The position numbers and the translations under genes were made by a program. A DNA stretch of 64,000 bases from a virus: IMG/VR virus record IMGVR_UViG_3300037137_001341, positions 32,001-96,000 of that record, one strand, 5' to 3'. Shown piece by piece: positions 15,962 to 26,042 of the stretch (the stretch's first letter is position 1; each line of letters starts with the position of its first letter). Under the pieces are notes generated by a model, which saw only the letters and a list, made by a program, of their open reading frames with translations, did no database searches and was not told the origin of the DNA.

Positions 15962-18900
15962 ATGCCTAGACCGAACAGGCCTGAGCTAGCTCTGCTCCGG
16001 GGGAAGAGTACGGCCGAGGCGCTGGCGAGGTGGACGGAGAGCTTCGCCGGGGGCGACCGGGAGACGGCCGAGAAGTACGCGGCGATCCTCTCTCGCTTCA
16101 CCGGCAAGCAGGCCAGCGGGGCAGAGTACGAAGCGTACATGGGGGCGTACTCCCCGGCGACTCGGCGGGCGTACTCCTTTGCTCTGACGGAGTTCTTCGA
16201 GTGGCTAGCCACGAAGCACAAGCGCGTCGTTCCGCCGCCGCAGGTCACGCGGAAAGATGCGGAGGACTACGTCGAGTGGCTCATCACAAGGCCGTACTCG
16301 CTGGAGGGAGAGAAGCTCCGCGATGGTGATCAGCGGGAGCGCCTCACGCTGTACGAGATCGTCGGCGAGCTTGGCTCCGCCGACATTCTGAGCATCGCGG
16401 CAAAGACGCCTGGATGGCTGCGCACAGCACATCCCGCCCCGGGCGTCGAGATCGACAGGGGATGGCTCAATCGCGAGCTTGGCCGCATGGTCCTGCACGA
16501 TCTCCTGGTGCGCTCGCCGACGATGGAGGATCTTCGCCGTGAGGACGCGCGCATCGGCATCGGGGTGTTCACTCTGCTCGTCCCTGACGGCGACACGATG
16601 CGGGAGATGCCGCTCGAAGAGATATTCTCGTACACGCTGCCGCGAGCACGCGCTGTCTCTCGAACAACGGTCGTGGTGCGCGTCGCCGCGCTCACATCCT
16701 TCTGGCAAGCGCTGATGGAGGCGGACAATTCCAGCGGGGCAGGCGCCCTCGTGCGACACAACGTGTTCTCGGACGTAGGAAACCGCGTGCGCGTCGGACT
16801 CGCCGCAGATCGCCGCGCGAGCAGAGCACGCAAGGGACGGCTGACGCCGGAGCTAGTGGAGCGCCTGCTCCGGGTGGCCGATGGTCCGTCTCTTGCTGAG
16901 AAGCGTGATGCTGCACTCCTCTGGTTCCTGGTTCTCACGGGAGCCAGGGTTACCGAGATCACGCGCATCCGCAGAGGACGTCCCCCGGCGGCAGAGGCGG
17001 CCCGCTGGCCCGGCTGGTACGACGAGCGGGCAGTGCCACCTGCGGTCGAGCTTGTGCGCAAGCGCGGCTTCCGGCAGAGGCTCCCGTTTCCACCGTACGC
17101 GCTCAAGGCGCTCGCCGCGTTTCAAGCGGAGCTTGCTCGCCACGCGCCGCTGACCGGCACGCAAAGTGACAACCAGAACGAGCCTCACTACCTCGCTCCA
17201 ACAGCGCCAGGCTGGCGCTACAAGGCACTAGCTGAAGAGCCTGACGCGCCGCTCTTCCCACCGGTCAAGTTCTGGGGGGCCAACTCATCGCGCAACTATC
17301 AGGAGTTCAAGCCGAACGCGAACGTACGACCCGACTACCGTCGCTCGATGACACGCAACGGCATCGACGCCATCCTCAAGAAGATCGCCAAGAAGGCCGG
17401 GTTCACCGAGGAGGAGCAGGCGCTCGCCCACACGCACGCATTTCGTCACTTCGCGGCGACGGCCATGGCGCGCAGAGGCAAACCGATCCGGGAGATCCAG
17501 TACATGCTCGGGCACGAGTCGCTCGTCACGACCGAGCGCTACGTGGAACCAGAGACCAGCACGGAGGCTCTATCCGGCCAGAACGAGATCCTAGACTTCA
17601 TCGCTGGCGCTGCGCATGAGCCGCCGGCACCAGCAGAGCCGGAAGCTCCGCGACAGCCACCGACCAGGCCTGCGCGCGTCGTGGAGACATATGCCGTGCC
17701 TCCAGGGCGACCTGGGCGTCCGCAGGCTGGCCCGCGTCCCGAGAAGAAGCGCCGGCCGCCTCCCGAGGTACAGGCCCCGGAGGCAGGCGGGATGCCGGCA
17801 CAGTCCCCCCGTGTCGTGCCGGAGGCACAGGTCGAGCCTGGTCAGGGGCTCGTCGCCATCGCACCAAAGGGAGGGGTCGAGCCGCCCCATGTGTCGCAGG
17901 TGCGCGGGAACATATCCCCGCCGCCTACCCCGCTCGAAGCCTACGGGGCTCTTGCGCCGCACCCGCCGGGAGTTCCGCCGACGCACCCGAGCCAGATCGC
18001 GTTCACGCGCGTGAACCTGCGAACCGCGAAGCCCAAGGAGCGGGCGCTGGTGAACCTGGCCCCGCCGGGGGACAAGCGCGACCTTGTGCAGCAGGTCACA
18101 TGGCTGCGGGCGAACTACGACCCGTGGCCCATGAACTACGGCATCGACGAGCAGTGGCTTCTGCCCTGGTTCGCCCGCGGCTCCGCTTCCAGCGGCGGCG
18201 AGGTCACCGTGGACATCATATCGAGGACCGGGGAGAGAAAGATCGTCGTTGTCCCGCCCATCCCCGTGCTCTCGCACTACCAGATGGATCCAGGGCTCGC
18301 ACCGAAGCACGCGCCGAAGCTCTGGCAGAGCATCGATCAGATGCGGACCCGCTGGCTACGCACGGTGCCTACGAAGGCGTTCGGGCTCGATCGTTGGTGG
18401 GGCATGTTCCTGCAGGCTCGGTTGACTCTCGGACAAGTCACCAAGGGCAAGTTCACGTGGGTGCCGTTCAACACACCGGCAGAAGTCGGGACACAGATCC
18501 GTTCCCACGACGACGAGTACCTGAGCAAGTGGCTGGAGATCAACGCGGAGCGATACGGCACGACGATCAACGCCTTCGAGGACATCAGGCGCATCGAGCG
18601 CGCCAGCGAGGACGACTCTGATGAGGCCCAGAAGGAGTGGGAGGAGTTCCAGAGCACATGGCGGGACGCCTCCCTCATGGGCGTGTCCCCAGCCGCAGAG
18701 CTACCGGACTGGTTCATCGCGGACGATCCTGTGCGTGACATCTACGACCGCGACCCGGAGGAGTGGCGGTGGTTCTCGACGTGGTTCGGCGCCATCACCG
18801 GACAGAACCTGACGCCGGTGCGCGACGAGACGCTCAAGGCCGAGGAGGCGTTCGCTCTCGAAGAGCGGAGTAACAGGATCCTGCAGGCGCGCAAGCTCCT

Positions 18901-20236
18901 GGAGGGGTACTACGAAGCGGTCACGGATCTGCGCACCTCGAAGGGTGATGAGCGTGAGGGTGGGCACGCCTCCCTCAAAGCCTACGTGGCGCAGCTGGCC
19001 GAGTACGGGATACCGGACCCGGCGCAGATGCTCAAGGAAGGCAAGCTACGGAAGAAGCAGCGCCGCGAAGCCAGCATCGAGCAGCTGCTGAACATGGCCT
19101 TCCCGGACGTCGGCGTGGAGGTCGTGGACCCGAACGTGCTCAGGAGCCAGCTGTTCGACGCGGACACGCTCCGCCTGGACATGTCCCGCAAGACCATCTC
19201 GCACACGGACGAGTTCCGCAAGCGCTTCGCCGCGCGCTACGACGGGCGGGACTCCGAGTGCGTCGTGCGGCGCGCCGCCCGCGGCATGTGGGAGCATGTG
19301 AAGCGCAACGGCATCCCGGTCGCCCGAGGAGAACAGCGCGCTTCCCAGTACAGCCTGCTCTACTCCGTCATGCTCTCGTACATGGCCTGGATCTTCCCGT
19401 GCCCTGCGGAGATCGAGGAGCGCATGGCCAAGGAGGGACGCCTGGGCGCCGAAGCGCGGCTGGTCTGGTTGAACGGTGTGCGCAGCGCGACGCAGCACAT
19501 GGCCCGCATCGAGCGCGACGCCGACGAGCCAGCGCTGCTCGCTGTTGCCGCCGAGGATGGCCTGGACTCAAAGAGCGCCGAGGAAGTGCTGGAAGCCGGG
19601 CTCGTCGTCGATTCTGTGCGGGCACAGGTGGCGGTGCCGCCCCCCGAGGTGGCAGAGGCCGTGGCCAAGAGCGCCGTGGAGTCAGGGCAGGTCGCCGTGG
19701 AATCCGGCGGCGTCGTCGTGGTGCGGCCGACGGTGTTGCGCCGCCGAAAGTCGCCGAGCGCGCTCCGGGAAGAGGCCCGTGAGGAGAGGTCGCCCGTACC
19801 TGCGCCCCCCGCTCCCCGCGCACCAGAACCCACGGCGCGCGAGCGCATTGCCGAGATGAGAGGCCGGAGAGGCGCCGTGGTCGAGCTTGTCCAGGAACGC
19901 GCGCAGACCACGGGGACATACCTGAGCGGCGTGGAGGAGCCCGAGGTTGAGGAGCAAGAGACCCCGCTGGAGCGGGAAGCGGAGTACATGGAGCCAGAGG
20001 TCGAGCAGTACGAGGGGCCGCAGCTGCCCAGCATGTTCTCCGTGGGTGGCGAACAGCACGAATCGGCCGAGACGACCACCCACGGGCTCGCCTACGAAGA
20101 ACTGGAGCGGAACGCTGCGCCGCCCAGGTACATGACCCTGGGGGCCTACGCTGCGGGGGCCGACTATGTCGCGAACGCCGAGGAGGTGCTCCCGAGCGCC
20201 ATCAGGATGATGGCCGCGATGACGCTGCCGTTCTAG
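15962..20236 (+). CDS. Very large tyrosine recombinase with ~870-aa C-terminal extension
   Basis: SPATRRAY, TGARVTEI, RKRG, HAFRH, LGHES, TERY: complete R-K-H-R-H-Y set. Confidence 0.85.
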   Translation: MPRPNRPELALLRGKSTAEALARWTESFAGGDRETAEKYAAILSRFTGKQASGAEYEAYMGAYSPATRRAYSFALTEFFEWLATKHKRVVPPPQVTRKDAEDYVEWLITRPYSLEGEKLRDGDQRERLTLYEIVGELGSADILSIAAKTPGWLRTAHPAPGVEIDRGWLNRELGRMVLHDLLVRSPTMEDLRREDARIGIGVFTLLVPDGDTMREMPLEEIFSYTLPRARAVSRTTVVVRVAALTSFWQALMEADNSSGAGALVRHNVFSDVGNRVRVGLAADRRASRARKGRLTPELVERLLRVADGPSLAEKRDAALLWFLVLTGARVTEITRIRRGRPPAAEAARWPGWYDERAVPPAVELVRKRGFRQRLPFPPYALKALAAFQAELARHAPLTGTQSDNQNEPHYLAPTAPGWRYKALAEEPDAPLFPPVKFWGANSSRNYQEFKPNANVRPDYRRSMTRNGIDAILKKIAKKAGFTEEEQALAHTHAFRHFAATAMARRGKPIREIQYMLGHESLVTTERYVEPETSTEALSGQNEILDFIAGAAHEPPAPAEPEAPRQPPTRPARVVETYAVPPGRPGRPQAGPRPEKKRRPPPEVQAPEAGGMPAQSPRVVPEAQVEPGQGLVAIAPKGGVEPPHVSQVRGNISPPPTPLEAYGALAPHPPGVPPTHPSQIAFTRVNLRTAKPKERALVNLAPPGDKRDLVQQVTWLRANYDPWPMNYGIDEQWLLPWFARGSASSGGEVTVDIISRTGERKIVVVPPIPVLSHYQMDPGLAPKHAPKLWQSIDQMRTRWLRTVPTKAFGLDRWWGMFLQARLTLGQVTKGKFTWVPFNTPAEVGTQIRSHDDEYLSKWLEINAERYGTTINAFEDIRRIERASEDDSDEAQKEWEEFQSTWRDASLMGVSPAAELPDWFIADDPVRDIYDRDPEEWRWFSTWFGAITGQNLTPVRDETLKAEEAFALEERSNRILQARKLLEGYYEAVTDLRTSKGDEREGGHASLKAYVAQLAEYGIPDPAQMLKEGKLRKKQRREASIEQLLNMAFPDVGVEVVDPNVLRSQLFDADTLRLDMSRKTISHTDEFRKRFAARYDGRDSECVVRRAARGMWEHVKRNGIPVARGEQRASQYSLLYSVMLSYMAWIFPCPAEIEERMAKEGRLGAEARLVWLNGVRSATQHMARIERDADEPALLAVAAEDGLDSKSAEEVLEAGLVVDSVRAQVAVPPPEVAEAVAKSAVESGQVAVESGGVVVVRPTVLRRRKSPSALREEAREERSPVPAPPAPRAPEPTARERIAEMRGRRGAVVELVQERAQTTGTYLSGVEEPEVEEQETPLEREAEYMEPEVEQYEGPQLPSMFSVGGEQHESAETTTHGLAYEELERNAAPPRYMTLGAYAAGADYVANAEEVLPSAIRMMAAMTLPF

Positions 20237-20667
20237 CGGTCGCCGATGACGGCGAACTGCGTCCCGAGATCCTCGAAGAACACATCCCCGGACTTCACGA
20301 GCAGGAAGTCCTTGCCGGTCCCAGGGAAGCCCCTGGGCGTGCGCCTGTAGATGGCCACGACGGTGCCCACGAACTCCCGGGATGTGCCGCCAGCTGGGTC
20401 CCCCGGCTCGGGGCCGCTCGGCGCGATCCGCAGGACGGTCTTGCCGGTGAACTTCTCGGTGATCGAGCCGGGGCCAGTGGGGGCGTTCTCGATGATGTCG
20501 AGGGTCGACGGAGCGGTGTCTGTCAGCGTGGTAGCTACGGCCGTGTCCCACAGAACCTTCGGGGTTGCACCATCGAGGGTGATGATGGCGAAGTGTGGCG
20601 GCTGCAGCTGGATCGCAGATGGCCCGGCCGGAGCGACGTGGAGAGCGACGATGTCACCGTTTGCCAT
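20233..20667 (-). CDS. Hypothetical beta-rich protein, paralog of 20671..21099
   Basis: GDIV..QLQPP..LDII..F.GK.V..F.G.VV. Confidence 0.7.
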   Translation of the reverse strand: MANGDIVALHVAPAGPSAIQLQPPHFAIITLDGATPKVLWDTAVATTLTDTAPSTLDIIENAPTGPGSITEKFTGKTVLRIAPSGPEPGDPAGGTSREFVGTVVAIYRRTPRGFPGTGKDFLLVKSGDVFFEDLGTQFAVIGDR

Positions 20668-20670
20668 GGC

Positions 20671-21099
20671 TCAGCGATCCTCCAAGGGATGGACGCTTGG
20701 GAACGGTAGTTCGTAGTACATCCCGTTCGAGAGCGAACGAATCAGCACCTTGGTGCTGCCTGGGGCGTTCACGTCGTACACGTCCACGACGCGACCGATG
20801 TACGCATCCGAGTAGGGAACGAGCGGCTTCGTCGCCGTCGCAGGTACTGCGATCCCAACGACCACCTTGTCGAGAAAGACGGCCAGCTGGATCGGCGACG
20901 CCGTGTCCGTGATCTTGTCCAGGGCAGCGTCCGGGACGCCCGTCAACGCTTCCTGGCCAGAGAACGTCACGTCGTTCACTCCGGGCGCAGCCGCCGTGAC
21001 GACGCCGACCAGCGGGGGCTGCGGCTGCAGCGTGCCTGGCGCGAGCGAGCCGACGGTCGACAGCTTCACACGGACTCGATCTCCGGCCACGAACGCCAT
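20671..21099 (-). CDS. Hypothetical beta-rich protein
   Basis: ATG 7 nt after -10 box; QPQPP..LDKI..FLDKVV..YIGRVV. Confidence 0.7.
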   Translation of the reverse strand: MAFVAGDRVRVKLSTVGSLAPGTLQPQPPLVGVVTAAAPGVNDVTFSGQEALTGVPDAALDKITDTASPIQLAVFLDKVVVGIAVPATATKPLVPYSDAYIGRVVDVYDVNAPGSTKVLIRSLSNGMYYELPFPSVHPLEDR

Positions 21100-21106
21100 G
21101 ACCCCG

Positions 21107-21135
21107 AGGCTACCGGCTGCCACCACCCGGGTCAA
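21107..21135 (-). promoter_or_regulatory. Sigma70-type promoter (leaderless)
   Basis: TTGACC-17-TAGCCT-7-ATG. Confidence 0.65.
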
Positions 21136-21763
21136 GTGAGAGCGGATCGCCTGTGTAGTAGCGGGTTTCGTCGTCGTACATCATGGCCGCCGTCAGCTGG
21201 GGGATGTCCCGGTGCTCCCCCGCCATCGCCTCCAGGACCAGAGCCCGCACGACGTTCGCCGCCTGCGCGCCGCGAGCACGTGACCGGCGCATCAGCGCCC
21301 GCCTGGCCCCGAGCGTGATGACCGTGTGCTCGTTCACGGAGGAGCCCTTCACGTACGTCGGCAGAGGCTTCCCTTTCCAGAACCAGCGACGCGCCGATGC
21401 CGGCTCGTGCGACCCCATCAGGTAGTCGTGGATCAAGCTCCGCAGGAACGTCGGCGGGTGCGCGCTGCGAAGCTCGCACTCCGCCATCCACGCCGCATGG
21501 ATCTGCGGCGGCATCCACATCTGGTACTGGTAGAGTCTCTCGATCCCCTCCTGGGTGCCGCCCGCGTTCGAGCGCGCTGGTGAGAGCCCGCGGTCGTGCA
21601 GCGCAAGGCGCGCCTGTGCCCGGACCTCCAGAAGCAGATCCGTGTCGACGCCCAATCGCTTCGCGATGGCGTCAACACGGTCATCGGAGATGCGGACCGT
21701 CGCGTACTTCGTGCCCAGCAGCCGGGCCGCCAGCCACTCGCGGAAGCTCTGCGGAGGCCCCAC
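21110..21763 (-). CDS. Hypothetical protein, possible tandem ribbon-helix-helix
   Basis: FLRSLIHDYL and VVRALVLEAM helices each follow a short strand. Confidence 0.55.
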   Translation of the reverse strand: MGPPQSFREWLAARLLGTKYATVRISDDRVDAIAKRLGVDTDLLLEVRAQARLALHDRGLSPARSNAGGTQEGIERLYQYQMWMPPQIHAAWMAECELRSAHPPTFLRSLIHDYLMGSHEPASARRWFWKGKPLPTYVKGSSVNEHTVITLGARRALMRRSRARGAQAANVVRALVLEAMAGEHRDIPQLTAAMMYDDETRYYTGDPLSLDPGGGSR

Positions 21764-22101
21764 TACTGAGTGACGATGCGCGACTGGTGGATGTGCGTGC
21801 AGTAGAGAACGTCACGTGGGCTCACCGCCACGAGCGCGAAGTCCTTTCCGCTGCCCGTCAGCATCTCCACCACGAGCATGATCCCGCCTGCGCCATCTGG
21901 CTCGACGTGAAGCACGCCGCTCAGGACAGGCACGGCAATCGCGCCGCCCTCCTTGTTCATCGCCGGGATATGAGCATACGTGCAGCCGATGTAGGGCTCC
22001 CGCAGCTGCAGCATCGCCGGCTTCTCGTTGAAGGCGAAGTAGCCACTCGGGCGCTCGCCGGTGACCTGTGTCTCTTGTTCCTGCGCGTTTTCTTCAGCCA
22101 T
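21763..22101 (-). CDS. Hypothetical protein
   Basis: GGAG RBS; start MAEENAQ. Confidence 0.65.
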   Translation of the reverse strand: MAEENAQEQETQVTGERPSGYFAFNEKPAMLQLREPYIGCTYAHIPAMNKEGGAIAVPVLSGVLHVEPDGAGGIMLVVEMLTGSGKDFALVAVSPRDVLYCTHIHQSRIVTQ

Positions 22102-23209
22102 GATGCTTCTCCGCCTCCTGTAGCATGCGCCGGATAGCCGGCACGTTCTTGTTCTCCCACGACCACTCGGTGCGCAGGGCTTCAGCGTTCTGCTCGGCAT
22201 GTGCCGCCACGGACGCCCAGTGCGAGTACATGACCCCGAGCGCCTCCGTGATGGCCTCCACGCTCACCGCCGGCGCCATCGAGCCCGGGAAGTCGTTCAT
22301 CGAGGCGAGCGGCCCGTGCTCCACGATGACGGCCCCCGGCGGGTGGTTGCCCAGGAACTCCGCGTGACCGGTGCAGGCTGTCGCGATGACTGGGACGCCG
22401 CAGGCGAGCGCCTCCAGGGGAACCATGCCGAAGCCCTCGCCACGGGACGGCTGGCAGACCGCGTGCATCGCGCTGTACATGCCTGCGACGCCGTACTGCC
22501 CGTTCCCCAGTCCCGGCTGCGACTCCACGTCGCCGGTACCGAGTCCCAGGTCGGCGCACCACCACCGCACCTTGGACATATGCAGCGGGTTCATCACCAC
22601 GACGAGCTTCGCCAGCGGCGGCAGGGCCCCAGACCGCTTGGCGATCTGCCAGGCACGCAGGAGCATCTGCGTGCTCTTCCGCTCCGTCTCGCTGCTGGTC
22701 ATGTGCAGCACCAGGAACCGCTCCAGCCGGAACTCATGCTTCACGGCGTCGCGGAACTTGGGCATCAGCATGTGCACGGCAGGAGTGACTCCGTGCGGCG
22801 CAACAACCACGGGCATCGCGTCCGGCACATGCCGCCGGAGCACCGAGGCAGCCCAGGCGCTCGGAGCCAGGAGGCCGCCCGTGAGCATCCCCCGCGGCAG
22901 CACGCCTGACGGCTTCAGGAACGACTCCATCATCCCCTTCGGGAGTCCCTCGCTGTTCGGGGCGAGCAGGAGCCAGTGCGACTTATGCTCGCCCATGCGG
23001 TGCGCGTGCATGAGCCCCATCGGGGGGCCGAGGTTCAGCGACACCGGCGCGTTCGCCCCGGCTATCGCGTCTTCGCTCTCGAAGTCCATGGGCCATGTCC
23101 CTGCGTGCTCGCCAGCAGCCACGAGGGCACGCTCCATGCCGCGTGTCACCTGCACGAACGAGTGCTCACCGACGGTGTGGCCGTAGAGGCGGACGCGCGA
23201 CTCAGCCAA
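22094..23209 (-). CDS. Glycosyltransferase family 4
   Basis: PSRGEGFGMVPLEALACGVPVI; ERKST; start uncertain (TTG 23209). Confidence 0.88.
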   Translation of the reverse strand: MAESRVRLYGHTVGEHSFVQVTRGMERALVAAGEHAGTWPMDFESEDAIAGANAPVSLNLGPPMGLMHAHRMGEHKSHWLLLAPNSEGLPKGMMESFLKPSGVLPRGMLTGGLLAPSAWAASVLRRHVPDAMPVVVAPHGVTPAVHMLMPKFRDAVKHEFRLERFLVLHMTSSETERKSTQMLLRAWQIAKRSGALPPLAKLVVVMNPLHMSKVRWWCADLGLGTGDVESQPGLGNGQYGVAGMYSAMHAVCQPSRGEGFGMVPLEALACGVPVIATACTGHAEFLGNHPPGAVIVEHGPLASMNDFPGSMAPAVSVEAITEALGVMYSHWASVAAHAEQNAEALRTEWSWENKNVPAIRRMLQEAEKHHG

Positions 23210-23411
23210 CGGAGAACCCCGTGGCCTTCGTGTGCAGCCAGCCGATGAAGCTCCATAGGGACATGCTCGTCTGGTCGAGGCCGGGAGCATGCAGCGCACT
23301 CCACCGGATCAGCTTCTTCTTGACCGGCTCCGGCATGAGTCGCTTGGCCTCGACGCGCTTCATCGCATCGACGAAGGCGTCGCTGAACACAGGTCCGGTC
23401 GGGTCAGCCAT
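23202..23411 (-). CDS. Small hypothetical protein
   Basis: GAGG RBS; coupled. Confidence 0.6.
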   Translation of the reverse strand: MADPTGPVFSDAFVDAMKRVEAKRLMPEPVKKKLIRWSALHAPGLDQTSMSLWSFIGWLHTKATGFSVG

Positions 23412-23601
23412 GTCGTCCTCTGTCTCCGGCGATGTGCTTCGCCAGTTCCGCCACCGCATCGATCAGGTAGTTCAACGCTTCCTCTGGGCCATCACCGTCG
23501 ATGTCCATGCAGGACCTAGCGCGGTTGAGCGACTTGAAGATATCCACCATGTCCTCCGGCGGGATCCAGTCGCGGCTGTCGGGTTGCTTGTCGCGGCTCA
23601 C
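23404..23601 (-). CDS. Small hypothetical protein
   Basis: Coupled ORF. Confidence 0.55.
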   Translation of the reverse strand: MSRDKQPDSRDWIPPEDMVDIFKSLNRARSCMDIDGDGPEEALNYLIDAVAELAKHIAGDRGRHG

Positions 23602-23864
23602 TTGAGCATCGTTCCCTTCGCAATGGTCGCCGAGCGGCGCTGGTACTGCGTCGTCTCCTCGAAGCGTCGCAGTATCGCGAATTGGATGCCGTGCTGCGCG
23701 ATCTGCGTTGGGGTGATTACTCGCGCCCGAACAAGCGCGGCCCCGATCGCATCCAGCTGCTGACGGTAGCTGTCGGCTAGAGCGCGCCAGTTGTATTGGG
23801 TCTCACCGTTCGGCCCCCTGGTGATCTTCTGTGCCTTCTTCTTCTTTTTCTTCTTCGTGGCCAT
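23598..23864 (-). CDS. Small basic protein (poly-Lys N-terminus)
   Basis: GGAGG RBS; TGATG coupling; MATKKKKKKK. Confidence 0.6.
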   Translation of the reverse strand: MATKKKKKKKAQKITRGPNGETQYNWRALADSYRQQLDAIGAALVRARVITPTQIAQHGIQFAILRRFEETTQYQRRSATIAKGTMLK

Positions 23865-25231
23865 CACCCGAACCCTCCTGCCTCGACCAGCTTCTTGTAC
23901 GCATCCGGGAACCGCGTCGCGATCCGCGCCGCCATCATGTTCCCCACGGGCCCGAGCCCGTACTTGGCGTAGAAGTCCGCAGGATGCACGCGCCGCTTCG
24001 GCGGCTGCGCCCTGCGGAGCGCGGCCCGTATCAAGAGCAGCGGGCTCTCCGCCCAGAGCGCGTCCTTCTCCCAGCCGTAGCCTGGATGCACAGGCTCGAA
24101 GGACACGTTTGGCGTGTCGGTCTGGCAGATCGAAACGTCGTCCGCTCCGGCGAACCCCGCCGGGCCGCTCCAGCCCGTGTAGACCATACGGTTGCCGGCG
24201 CAGCGAGCATCGAACGCCGGGAGATCCCAGCCCTCGGCATGTGAGCACGAGACGTAGATGTTGTTGTCCCGATGCAGATGCGCGATCTTCTCCTCCGGGA
24301 GCTTCTTCGAGAGCACACGTACGCGCTTGCTGAAGTTCCCCGGCGTCCAGCCCTTCGCCCGCACCGCCCCCTTGGCAAGCAGCTGCCTGATCGACTCCTC
24401 CACCGTGGGGTAGCCCTCCCACTCGCCCCACTCGTACGTCTTGATGAACAGCGAGGCTCGCTCCTGCGGGGAGAACTCCAGGAGGAACGCCGTCAGAAGT
24501 CGGTGGTAGTTCTTCCGCGGCTCCCACTTGCCGATGGCGTAGAAGCGCCTGCCCTCCGGCACCGTCTCGGGCCCGCGAGGGGCCGACACGCGGCAGGCGA
24601 GGTTCGTGTCCGGGTCGTAGGGCGCCGGGATCGCGTAGACCTTCCTGACGCCGGCCCGACGGAATATGTCCACGGCCCACTCGCCGTGCACCCACACCTC
24701 GGCGCACCGGTTCAGCACGTTCGCGATCTCGGGGGACACCGTCGTGCGCTCCCACGGCGTGTAGACGATGGTGGACTCGTAGACCTTGATCTCGTCGGCG
24801 AAGCCGGACCAGCGGGCGCCGGCCGGCACGATCACCTGCTCCAAGTAGCTCGCGTTGTGGACGACCAGCTGCCGGATCGCGATGGGCACCGCTCCGAGGG
24901 ATGTGTCCCGGAGGTAGCCGACAGTGGCCCGGATCTGCGGGTCTACGTCGTCCTCCATCATGTACTTCGGGCGCTGCAGCCGTCGTAGCGTCACCGGGAG
25001 CCCCGTACGCGCGAGCGCCTTCACCTGGGCACGAGCGTGTCGCGCGAGCCCATCCTCCAGGATGTCCCACCCGGCCTGGTACTCGATGCCGCAGGGCAGA
25101 AGCGCGTCGCTGCCGGGCGCTACGACGTGGCGCTCAAGCTCCGCGTCGGTGGGAGCCTGCCCCGTTCCGTCGCCGTCGAGCACGCCCGTCGGAGCGCGGA
25201 AGCCGGCCAGCTGCTCAATCAGTTCCGGCAT
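23864..25231 (-). CDS. Glycosyltransferase family 4
   Basis: IGKWEPRKNY, SHAEGWDLPAFDA. Confidence 0.85.
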   Translation of the reverse strand: MPELIEQLAGFRAPTGVLDGDGTGQAPTDAELERHVVAPGSDALLPCGIEYQAGWDILEDGLARHARAQVKALARTGLPVTLRRLQRPKYMMEDDVDPQIRATVGYLRDTSLGAVPIAIRQLVVHNASYLEQVIVPAGARWSGFADEIKVYESTIVYTPWERTTVSPEIANVLNRCAEVWVHGEWAVDIFRRAGVRKVYAIPAPYDPDTNLACRVSAPRGPETVPEGRRFYAIGKWEPRKNYHRLLTAFLLEFSPQERASLFIKTYEWGEWEGYPTVEESIRQLLAKGAVRAKGWTPGNFSKRVRVLSKKLPEEKIAHLHRDNNIYVSCSHAEGWDLPAFDARCAGNRMVYTGWSGPAGFAGADDVSICQTDTPNVSFEPVHPGYGWEKDALWAESPLLLIRAALRRAQPPKRRVHPADFYAKYGLGPVGNMMAARIATRFPDAYKKLVEAGGFG

Positions 25232-25461
25232 CAGTTCGCACCCTCGGGCTTCTTCTCCAGAAGAGCCGTTACCTCATCACGCAGCATCCTCAAGTCCTCC
25301 TCCGACAGCCCGATACCGACGATCAAGCCACCGGCCACCTTCACAGCAGTCGGGGCACCCACGAGGAGCGCAGGTCGCCCCTTCAGAATCCCCAGCGTCC
25401 ACGTTCCCTTGCCACGCTTGAGCGCGGCAGATGCGCGCTTAAGGAGTTCCTCGTCGTCCAT
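25231..25461 (-). CDS. Small hypothetical protein
   Basis: CACATG start; coupled. Confidence 0.55.
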   Translation of the reverse strand: MDDEELLKRASAALKRGKGTWTLGILKGRPALLVGAPTAVKVAGGLIVGIGLSEEDLRMLRDEVTALLEKKPEGAN

Positions 25462-25467
25462 GTGCGA

Positions 25468-25749
25468 TCAGTTCAGGTTCGGGTCGCGCGCCGGCTTCTT
25501 CTTCTTGAAGCGCTGGTCCTTCGCTTCCTCGGCTATCGCCTGAGCGAATATCTCGCGCAGCATCGCTTTGGCCTTGGGGTCTTTCAGGCGCTTCCCTATC
25601 GCCGCCAGCGACGCGAACACGTGCTCCAGCGAGATCGTGACCGTGACCGTCCCCTGGGCCATCTTGCTTTTCACCCACGGAGCACGCTTGCCGATGCGGT
25701 GCGCCGTGCGCTTGCTCTTCTTCGAGACCTTCTTCCATGTTGCCATCAC
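25468..25749 (-). CDS. Small basic protein
   Basis: GGAGGAG RBS; Lys-rich. Confidence 0.6.
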   Translation of the reverse strand: MMATWKKVSKKSKRTAHRIGKRAPWVKSKMAQGTVTVTISLEHVFASLAAIGKRLKDPKAKAMLREIFAQAIAEEAKDQRFKKKKPARDPNLN

Positions 25750-26042
25750 TCCTCCTCGATCACACCGAGCACGTCGTCCTCGGACATGAAGATTGAGTCC
25801 TCCGCGCCGCGGTTCTCGATCTCCGAGCCAGAGTACTTGCCGAAGATCACGCGGTCGCCCACCTTCAGCTTCGTCTCGATGAAGTGCCCCTGGTCCGAGA
25901 GCCGCCCGCGGCCCGCGGCGGTCACCGTGCCCTTCGTGAGCTTCTGCTTGGCGTTCTCGGGGATGATGATGCCCCCTTTGGTCACGTCCGTTGCCGGATC
26001 ACGACGGACCACGATGCGGTTGCCGATGGGTCGAATCTTCAT
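25746..26042 (-). CDS. groES: Co-chaperonin GroES
   Basis: MKIRPIGNRIVVR, TKGGIIIPENAK, VGDRVIFGKYSGSEI, DVLGVI. Confidence 0.93.
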   Translation of the reverse strand: MKIRPIGNRIVVRRDPATDVTKGGIIIPENAKQKLTKGTVTAAGRGRLSDQGHFIETKLKVGDRVIFGKYSGSEIENRGAEDSIFMSEDDVLGVIEEE

